23,292 nucleotides of DNA from Candidatus Micrarchaeia archaeon (GTDB lineage: Archaea > Micrarchaeota > Micrarchaeia > CAILAH01). Positions 17,581 to 23,292 of the stretch are shown piece after piece; positions within the stretch are counted from its first letter, which is position 1, and every line of letters starts with the position of its first letter. The position numbers and the translations under genes were made by a program. The notes beneath the pieces were generated by a model. That model searched no databases and was not told the DNA's origin. It saw nothing but the letters and a program-made list of their open reading frames with translations. The stretch lies in assembly GCA_049970015.1 (NCBI GenBank), contig JBMFNT010000011.1, forward strand, positions 1-23,292, written 5' to 3'.

Positions 17581-18252
17581 TTGCTGAGGTGCAATGGCTT
17601 GAAGGTTGATATGCACATACACACATTCCGTTCAGTTGACAGTGTAATCATACGGAAAGATGTTGAGAAAGTAATCTCAAAAGGTATTATTGATTTGGTT
17701 GCAATAACAGACCATGACAGTGCCAAGGGATGGGATGATTTCAAGGATATGAACGTGATAAGAGGGATTGAAAAGACAATTATCGAAGAGGACGGGAACG
17801 AGTTTCATTTACTCATATATTTTGCTAATGAATACATCGAATCAAAGAACTTTTATGAGGTTGTGGATGCGGCAAAGGCACAGGATGCAATCGTATCAAT
17901 AGCACATCCTTTTGATATATTGAGGAAGGCCCCAAAGAACATAAACAAGTATATCAAGCATGTGGATGGCCTGGAATGCTTCAACTCAAGAGAGCGTGTC
18001 CCTGGCGCAAATAAAAAAGCAATGACACGCGCGAAAAGTGATATGAAGCTGATGACTGCCGGTTCTGATGCGCATTATGCTTCAGAGATTGGCAATGCAT
18101 ACGTCAAGTGCGATGCAAGTGATATTGAGGAGTTTCGTAAAAAGTTGGTAAACAGAGAGGTTCAGATCGATGGCAAAAAGGTTGGCATTGATGTACGCAT
18201 AAATGCAATACTTAGGCGGATTGGCCTGATAAGACCGCCTGCAAATATCTAA
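17581..18252 (+). CDS. PHP-domain metal-dependent phosphoesterase
   Basis: DMHIHT..S.DS, AITDHD, GIE, HLL, AHPF, GSDAH. Start codon uncertain. Confidence 0.9.
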   Translation: MLRCNGLKVDMHIHTFRSVDSVIIRKDVEKVISKGIIDLVAITDHDSAKGWDDFKDMNVIRGIEKTIIEEDGNEFHLLIYFANEYIESKNFYEVVDAAKAQDAIVSIAHPFDILRKAPKNINKYIKHVDGLECFNSRERVPGANKKAMTRAKSDMKLMTAGSDAHYASEIGNAYVKCDASDIEEFRKKLVNREVQIDGKKVGIDVRINAILRRIGLIRPPANI

Positions 18253-18287
18253 TAATTTAAATTTATTATGTTCTAATCTCTAAACAC

Positions 18288-18399
18288 GGGCCCGTAGCTC
18301 AGCTTGGTAGAGCGGCTGGCTCTTAACCAGTAGGTCAAGGGTTCAAATGCACTGCTGTGATAGTGAGTTTTCAATATGCTGAATATCCCTTCGGGCCCG
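18288..18399 (+). tRNA. tRNA-Lys(CTT) with a 38-nt T-loop intron at 59/60 (18348-18385)
   Basis: GGGCCCG/CGGGCCC, GCTGG-CT-CTT-AA-CCAGT, AAGGG-TTCAAA[intron]T-CCCTT. BHB core TTCA/TGAA. Confidence 0.92.
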
Positions 18400-18406
18400 C
18401 TTAATT

Positions 18407-18541
18407 GCAGGGGTAGCAAAGCCTGGTCAGAGCCCATTTTTCTCCTGGAAGGAAGAAACTAAGAAGTGCTCCCAGAAAAATGCGCCGGATTCAGAGTCCG
18501 GTCCCCTAGCGGGTTCGCCAGTTCAAATCTGGCCCCCTGCA
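18407..18541 (+). tRNA. tRNA-Leu(CAG) with a 49-nt D-loop intron (18429-18477)
   Basis: Exons match tRNA-Leu(CAA) except in the anticodon arm (CCGGA-TT-CAG-AG-TCCGG). BHB CTGG/CCAG plus GAGC/GCTC. Confidence 0.9.
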
Positions 18542-18570
18542 TATAACATAATGTTATAGTCTTAAGGTAA

Positions 18571-18910
18571 ATGGATGGTTGTATGCCATTGGACAATAAA
18601 GAATAATTAATAATTGAAATTTTGGATTATATTTTTTCTAGGACTAATCGAATCAGCAAAAGCGAGCTACTCTTAAAAATGAAGTGCGGTCGAGTGGGCG
18701 GGACGAATATTACGTCTACCACTGATAAAGAAGCAAGAAACTTGGTCAGTATAATGGTAGCTGGAGAATATATCTATAAAGAAAAAAGACTGACCTGATA
18801 TATTGTATTGCGCCAAAAGGAATTATTCTACTAGATTATGGGTTCAAATCTAGGCAAACTGAAATTCTGAGTAAACAAAACCAAATCTTAGATCAAACGA
18901 AGTTGATCTA
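18571..18910 (+). pseudogene. Disrupted ORF, winged-helix-like
   Basis: MDGCMPLDNKE*LIIEILDYIF...EYIYKEK, then a frameshift at the A6 run (18782-18787) into TDLIYCIAPKGIILL, which resembles the wHTH wing YxITxKG. Confidence 0.45.
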
Positions 18911-19807
18911 TTTTTTAAGGCAGGTGTTGGAGCAGGTAACGCATCCGACCAGGCAGTTGTTAGGCCTGGCTACGACTGACTTATTTTCTTTGGAATCCCA
19001 ATCATACACGTTCCTCCCGCAGCCGGTTATGCACATACCGCACCCAACGCATTTGCTTTTATCCACGGTCGGGTTCCATTTTATCTTGCTTCTTGGAACC
19101 CCATGCCATTCTGAAAAACCGAGAGTCACGCTTAAGGTATAGTAAATCCCGACTATCATGAAAACTGCCGAAACTGCGCGCCTCGTCCATTTTTCAAAGA
19201 CCTGGACTTTGCTAACCACCGGACCTAATGATGAGAGGCTGTAAACCAGGATTAAAGAAAATAGTATCACCGGCAAACCGGTTGCAATCGCAAAAACAGC
19301 TGGTATAATCAAACCGTCCCCGGCTTTTATCGCAAGAGGGATAAGCATCCCGAAAAACAAATCCGCGCTGAACGGACAAAACGCCAAAGCGAATATCACA
19401 CCTAAAAGAAAGCTGCCCAAAAACCCCTTTTCTAATAGTTTTTGTTTTATTTCTTCCAGCTTTGGGTTGCCGTTAGGGACTGGGATCTGGATCACTTCCA
19501 GCATGACTAGGCCCACGATTAATAAAAGAGGCCCAAGCGCCTTTTCGCCATAATTCTGCAAGGAAAGCGATATTAGCTGCATGCTCAAACCAAACCACAC
19601 GATAAACGATGTTATTGTGACATAGGTAAACATCCGCCCAAGCGTATAAGCTAGGCCGACCCAAAGTGTTTTCTTTTTGTCAAGCTTCTTTGAGATATAT
19701 GCTATTGCGGTGATATTCGTAGTCAGCGGGCACGGGCTTATTGCCATCATAAGGCCAATAAAGAACGAAACAACGAGAGCAATTTCGCTTGTTCCCATTG
19801 CTTCCAT
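18908..19807 (-). CDS. ArsG-family (CcdA/DsbD-like) membrane protein fused to a C-terminal 2x4Fe-4S ferredoxin fragment
   Basis: GLMMAISPCPLTTNITAIAYI, YTLGR and ALAFCPFSA, followed by FSEWHG..CVGCGMCITGC..CLVGCVTCSNTC. Confidence 0.8.
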   Translation of the reverse strand: MEAMGTSEIALVVSFFIGLMMAISPCPLTTNITAIAYISKKLDKKKTLWVGLAYTLGRMFTYVTITSFIVWFGLSMQLISLSLQNYGEKALGPLLLIVGLVMLEVIQIPVPNGNPKLEEIKQKLLEKGFLGSFLLGVIFALAFCPFSADLFFGMLIPLAIKAGDGLIIPAVFAIATGLPVILFSLILVYSLSSLGPVVSKVQVFEKWTRRAVSAVFMIVGIYYTLSVTLGFSEWHGVPRSKIKWNPTVDKSKCVGCGMCITGCGRNVYDWDSKENKSVVARPNNCLVGCVTCSNTCLKK

Positions 19808-19822
19808 AAACTGCCGGATTAA

Positions 19823-20301
19823 TCAACTGTAATCCCCTTCCAATCTTTTTTGTATGACGCATCTCAGGTAGGTCATATACTCCTCTTTATTGTTGATTTT
19901 GTACCAGACGTTAACATTTTCTTCTTTGTGGAAACCATTATCATCATAAACGCCAATCCATAGGGAAGATCCAGTTACTCCGTACATCGCAGCCTTCTTT
20001 TGATTCTCTGGCAATTCGGCATTGATGTGGGCGAATGACAATCTGCCTTCCGCTACTTCCTTTGCAAAATAGGTATTGACGTTTTCTTCCGCATACTGCC
20101 CAACAGTTATGCATGAATAGCACTGATGCGCGCCGTGGAAGTGAATTACCTCAACCCTGATATTTTGGGAAACGTTGGATAAACTGGGCGCATCCGCACT
20201 GGCATTAGAGCCAACGCCTGCATCAGCACTATTTATTGGTTCCCCAGACAGCCCGCGAGCAACAGGGCTGATGCAAATGCAACTAAAACGTAGTTTTTCA
20301 T
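19823..20301 (-). pseudogene. ArsF-family thioredoxin-like lipoprotein, frameshifted
   Basis: ATG at 20301 gives MKNYVLVAFASALLLAGC (lipobox). A 1-bp deletion at the G4 run (20242-20245) separates it from a frame reading VEVIHFHGAHQCYSC...YGVTGSSLWI. Confidence 0.75.
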
Positions 20302-20531
20302 TTACTCAACCATTTCTTTATTTCTTCAACTTCGACAATGCGCCCGTATGCCTTGACTTCGCCGTCCACGGCTATTGCAGGAGTGGACAGTATTCCATAC
20401 TCCACGATTTTTCCGATATCCGTGATCTTTACTATCTCGGCTTTTGCTCTAAGTTCGGAAACTGCTTTGCGTGCGTTTTCCTCAAGAGCTTTGCATTTAG
20501 GGCAGCCAGTCCCAAAAATCTCAATTTTCAT
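20298..20531 (-). CDS. Small thioredoxin-like protein (MTH895/ArsE family)
   Basis: MKIEIFGTGCPKC...YGILSTPAIAVDG. Likely start is ATG 20531. Confidence 0.9.
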   Translation of the reverse strand: MKIEIFGTGCPKCKALEENARKAVSELRAKAEIVKITDIGKIVEYGILSTPAIAVDGEVKAYGRIVEVEEIKKWLSK

Positions 20532-20562
20532 AAAAACACCAAAATGAAATATACAATGAAAC

Positions 20563-20595
20563 ATTTAAATAATTGATGTATATCAATATGTAAAT
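20563..20595. promoter_or_regulatory. Putative ArsR operator in the divergent promoter
   Basis: ATTGAT-GTAT-ATCAAT (20572-20587) lies inside a larger imperfect palindrome directly before the ArsR start. Confidence 0.5.
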
Positions 20596-20904
20596 ATGGA
20601 GAAAAAGAAGGCTGTAATGATTTTAAAGGCATTGGCTGACGAAACAAGGCTCTCGATAGTTGAGTTATTGCTTGATGGTGAAAAATGTGTTTGCGAGATA
20701 TATCCAAAAGTAAAAAGGGGTCAGTCGACGGTTTCGATACAGCTGGGCAAACTGGAAAACGCAGGGATTCTGCATTCAAGGCGGGCTGGGAAAAAAGTTT
20801 TTTACAGGATAGCGAATTACAAGGTTTGCGACATTTTCAAGGCACTTGGATACGCGAAAGGTGGCATTCTCAAGAAAGAATGCTGCTGCAAACAAAATCC
20901 GTAA
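20596..20904 (+). CDS. arsR: ArsR/SmtB family metalloregulator
   Basis: KALADETRLSIV..GEKCVCEI..QSTVSIQLGKLENAG..GKKVFY, plus a C-terminal ECCCK. Confidence 0.85.
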   Translation: MEKKKAVMILKALADETRLSIVELLLDGEKCVCEIYPKVKRGQSTVSIQLGKLENAGILHSRRAGKKVFYRIANYKVCDIFKALGYAKGGILKKECCCKQNP

Positions 20905-20913
20905 GGTGAATTT

Positions 20914-21255
20914 ATGGCAGATGATAAAAAGTTTTCAGAATGGCACGGAATCCCAAGAGATAAAATAAAATGGAACCCGACAGTTGACAAAAGCAAATGT
21001 GTCGGGTGCGGCATGTGCATAACCGGCTGCGGGAGGAACGTGTATGATTGGGATTCCAAAGAAAATAAGTCAGTCGTAGCCAGGCCCAATAACTGCCTGG
21101 TCGGATGCGTTACCTGCGCAAACACCTGCCTTTTTGGCGCGATAAGCTTTCCTGACAAGGAGGCGCTCAGGAAAATAATCATTGATAACGGCGTAATTGC
21201 AAGGGCGAAAAAGGAACTGGAAAAGAAATTGAAGGAGACTGTGGAAAAATCATAG
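20914..21255 (+). CDS. 2x4Fe-4S ferredoxin
   Basis: CVGCGMCITGC and CLVGCVTCANTCLFGAISF. GGTGA RBS. Confidence 0.9.
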   Translation: MADDKKFSEWHGIPRDKIKWNPTVDKSKCVGCGMCITGCGRNVYDWDSKENKSVVARPNNCLVGCVTCANTCLFGAISFPDKEALRKIIIDNGVIARAKKELEKKLKETVEKS

Positions 21256-21264
21256 GTAGTTGAC

Positions 21265-21598
21265 ATGGAAATTTTCTGCACCAACTGTCTTAAGCAATAC
21301 AAAAAACAGGAATACTGCGGCCAATGTAGGAGGTCATTGGGCCCAGATTTTATATGTATCAAGATCCAGTCGGCATCTGCTCATTTTTGTTCAAAGAAAT
21401 GCGCCAATAAAATTGCTGTTGCTGCTACATATCAGTCTAATTCCTATGAATGCAAAAAATGCGGATATCGCTGGATTCCAGAAGCACCTGAAACCGTCCC
21501 CAAACTATGTCCGGAATGGCCAGCCAGAGCTGATTCAATGGAAAGACGATGCAACGCAGGGGGGATTCGGGGCCAAGAACCGCACTAAAAAGAACTAA
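21265..21598 (+). pseudogene. Cys-rich zinc-finger/zinc-ribbon protein, probable +1 frameshift near 21518
   Basis: CTNC, CGQC, FCSKKC, CKKCGYRW, PKLCPE. Removing one G restores CPECQPELIQW...KKN* ending at 21598. Confidence 0.55.
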
Positions 21599-21608
21599 TG
21601 GTGTTAAT

Positions 21609-22757
21609 ATGGATAATAGCCCTAGATTTTTGAGAATTTCAATCATGCTCCTATTTATTTTTTCATTTGCCAGTCAGGTTTGGGCTGCTGATGCTGGCAA
21701 TAAGACCTGCGCTTACTTTTTTTATGGGGATGGGTGCCCGCACTGCGCGAAAGTTGAGCCGTTCATAAATGGAATCGAGGCAAAATATCCAAATCTTGAA
21801 GTCCATAGATTTGAGATATACAACAACAGGCCGAATATGGTGTTGTTCAACAAGTTCGCATACTCTTATGGGATTCCGGAAAGCGAAACCGGAGTACCGA
21901 CAATATTTATAGGAAACACCTATCTTGCAGGCGACGGACCGATAGCGGAAAAACTTGAACACGAGATAGAATCAAATATTGGTGCTGGCTGCCCGGATTT
22001 GGAAAAGATAGTGAATCCGCTTGAGGAAACCGGAGCCACATCTCCGACCAAGCCGCTGGGCGAACTTTCACTCGTTACTGTCATAGGCGCAGCGCTCGTG
22101 GATTCCATAAACCCCTGTGCATTTGCAGTTCTCTTGATACTGCTTGGAACATTATTGAGTACGGGTGAAAGGGGCAAGGCACTTAGGAGCGGTCTTGCAT
22201 TCACTGTTTCAATATACATAGTTTACTTCTTGTTCGGGTTGGGCCTATTTTCAGCCCTGCAGGTATCTGGCCTTTCATACTGGTTCTACAAGATAATAGG
22301 CGTGGTCGCGATATTATTAGGGGTATTGAACATAAAGGACTTCCTATGGTATGGGAGTGGCGGGTTTGTGATGGAAATACCCCGAAGCTGGAGGCCCACG
22401 CTTAAGAAATTGCTCGGAACTGTAACTTCTCCTGCTGGAGCTTTCCTTATGGGCTTTGTCGTTTGCCTGTTCGAACTGCCGTGCACTGGAGGCCCGTATA
22501 TATTCATTCTCGGACTGCTTGCGGAAAGGTCCACTATGCTGGCAGCAATACCGATACTCCTATTGTACAACCTATTCTTGGTTGTGCCTCTGCTCGTAAT
22601 CACGCTCTTAATGTATAGCGGATTCAGAAAAGTCGAGGAAATGAACGAATGGAAGGAGAAAAACTTGAGGGAACTCCATCTGATAGCAGGGCTGATAAAT
22701 GGTTGCGCTGGGGCTCATGATAGTTTTCAATATGGTTTGATTGGTGATTTGCGATAA
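21609..22757 (+). CDS. Secreted thioredoxin/glutaredoxin domain fused to a CcdA/DsbD membrane domain; C-terminal frameshift
   Basis: Signal peptide, FFYGDGCPHC, GVPTIFIG, DSINPCAF, ELPCTGGPY. An extra A at 22697-22699 replaces the expected last TM (LIMVALGLMIVFNMV*). Confidence 0.8.
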   Translation: MDNSPRFLRISIMLLFIFSFASQVWAADAGNKTCAYFFYGDGCPHCAKVEPFINGIEAKYPNLEVHRFEIYNNRPNMVLFNKFAYSYGIPESETGVPTIFIGNTYLAGDGPIAEKLEHEIESNIGAGCPDLEKIVNPLEETGATSPTKPLGELSLVTVIGAALVDSINPCAFAVLLILLGTLLSTGERGKALRSGLAFTVSIYIVYFLFGLGLFSALQVSGLSYWFYKIIGVVAILLGVLNIKDFLWYGSGGFVMEIPRSWRPTLKKLLGTVTSPAGAFLMGFVVCLFELPCTGGPYIFILGLLAERSTMLAAIPILLLYNLFLVVPLLVITLLMYSGFRKVEEMNEWKEKNLRELHLIAGLINGCAGAHDSFQYGLIGDLR

Positions 22758-22781
22758 ATAGACATATGGAGGTAGATAAAC

Positions 22782-23292
22782 ATGACAACAAAACACATAC
22801 CGAAAGACTGGGCGTTTGAGTTCCATGGGCATAAATGCCCATTCATGCCCATAGGATATCGCATGGGCATGCTGGCCATGGAGCATCTTGGGGTAGGGCA
22901 CGAAAGCGATCACGGCTTTTTCGTATTCCCTGAAATTGGAGAAGGCCACCCGCAGGCGTGCATGATGGACGGGATGCAGATAGCAACCGGAGCAACATAC
23001 GGGAAATTGCTGATGGCGAAGACATTTTACGGAAAGTTGGCCGCAACGTTTTACCACCCTAAAAAGGGCGCGGTAAGGTACGCCCTCAAACCGGAGTTTG
23101 TCGATGCCATGGGGAAGTTTGAATTCTTCGCATATCGCAAAAAAGGCATTGAACCGTCCCAAATTCCAGCGAAAGTAACGGATGAAGTTATAAACTGGGT
23201 CTATGAGCAGACAGACGAGTTCATGTTCAAGGTGGAGCCGAAGCCCGATTTCAAATTCAGTCCTGTAAAGGGTTCGTTCAACAAGACAAAAT
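22782..23292 (+). CDS. FmdE family protein, 3'-truncated by the window edge
   Basis: GGAGGT RBS; MTTKHIPKDWAFEFHGHKCPFMPIGYRMG...CMMDGMQIATGATYGK...YGKLAATF. Absent from the ORF track because no stop lies in the window. Confidence 0.88.
   Translation, partial: MTTKHIPKDWAFEFHGHKCPFMPIGYRMGMLAMEHLGVGHESDHGFFVFPEIGEGHPQACMMDGMQIATGATYGKLLMAKTFYGKLAATFYHPKKGAVRYALKPEFVDAMGKFEFFAYRKKGIEPSQIPAKVTDEVINWVYEQTDEFMFKVEPKPDFKFSPVKGSFNKTK

Larger units (their letters stand above)
18917..21132. repeat. 201-bp inverted repeat pair (18917-19117 and 20932-21132), about 91% identical
   Basis: Codon-by-codon comparison gives 18 mismatches, mostly synonymous, and a 74-bp identical core (18963-19036 / 21013-21086). 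Confidence 0.9.
18542..23292. mobile_element. Putative tRNA-adjacent genomic island with arsenic/redox cargo; right end outside the window
   Basis: Starts at the tRNA-Leu 3' end. Higher GC/CpG by eye from about 18900, accessory gene content and several frameshifts. No integrase in the window. Confidence 0.5.

Noticed and set aside
18917..21132. Ferredoxin repeat pair as a DGR template/variable repeat
   Set aside because: Mismatches are not adenine-specific, are mostly synonymous third positions, and no reverse transcriptase is present.
18604..22757. Stop-codon reassignment explaining the interrupted genes
   Set aside because: Most lesions are indels, and TAA, TAG and TGA all terminate conserved genes normally.
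22608..23162. 184-aa minus-strand ORF (also 20817-21362 and 20175-20576)
   Set aside because: Antisense to recognisable genes (FmdE, ferredoxin/ArsR, thioredoxin).

Overview
Archaeal chromosome segment. Intron-rich tRNAs without CCA, GGTGA-type RBSs, compact genes and pilin-like ORFs suggest a DPANN lineage such as Micrarchaeota (inference). Bases 1-18541 are AT-rich core genome: small class III signal peptide (pilin-like) ORFs, a 577-aa orphan with a split peptidoglycan-binding-like motif, an MFS transporter, an operon of an RHH-nucleotidyltransferase fusion with wecB and an NTP-transferase, a 2Fe-2S ferredoxin, ThiF, GT2, Nth, Rad50, Sua5, GPT/AglH and PHP. Six tRNA genes (Met-CAT, Thr-TGT, Gln-TTG, Leu-CAA, Lys-CTT, Leu-CAG) all carry introns, eight in total, at 37/38, 59/60 and in the D-loop. 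The 123-nt tRNA-Met intron contains C/D boxes and a 10-nt guide predicting 2'-O-methylation of its own C34. After tRNA-Leu(CAG) comes a visibly more GC-rich, partly decayed arsenic/redox island (ArsR, arsEFG-like genes, ferredoxin, Trx-CcdA, FmdE). In it, two inverted, about 91% identical ferredoxin copies flank a 1.8-kb segment that could invert. All calls were made by eye; no searches were run.
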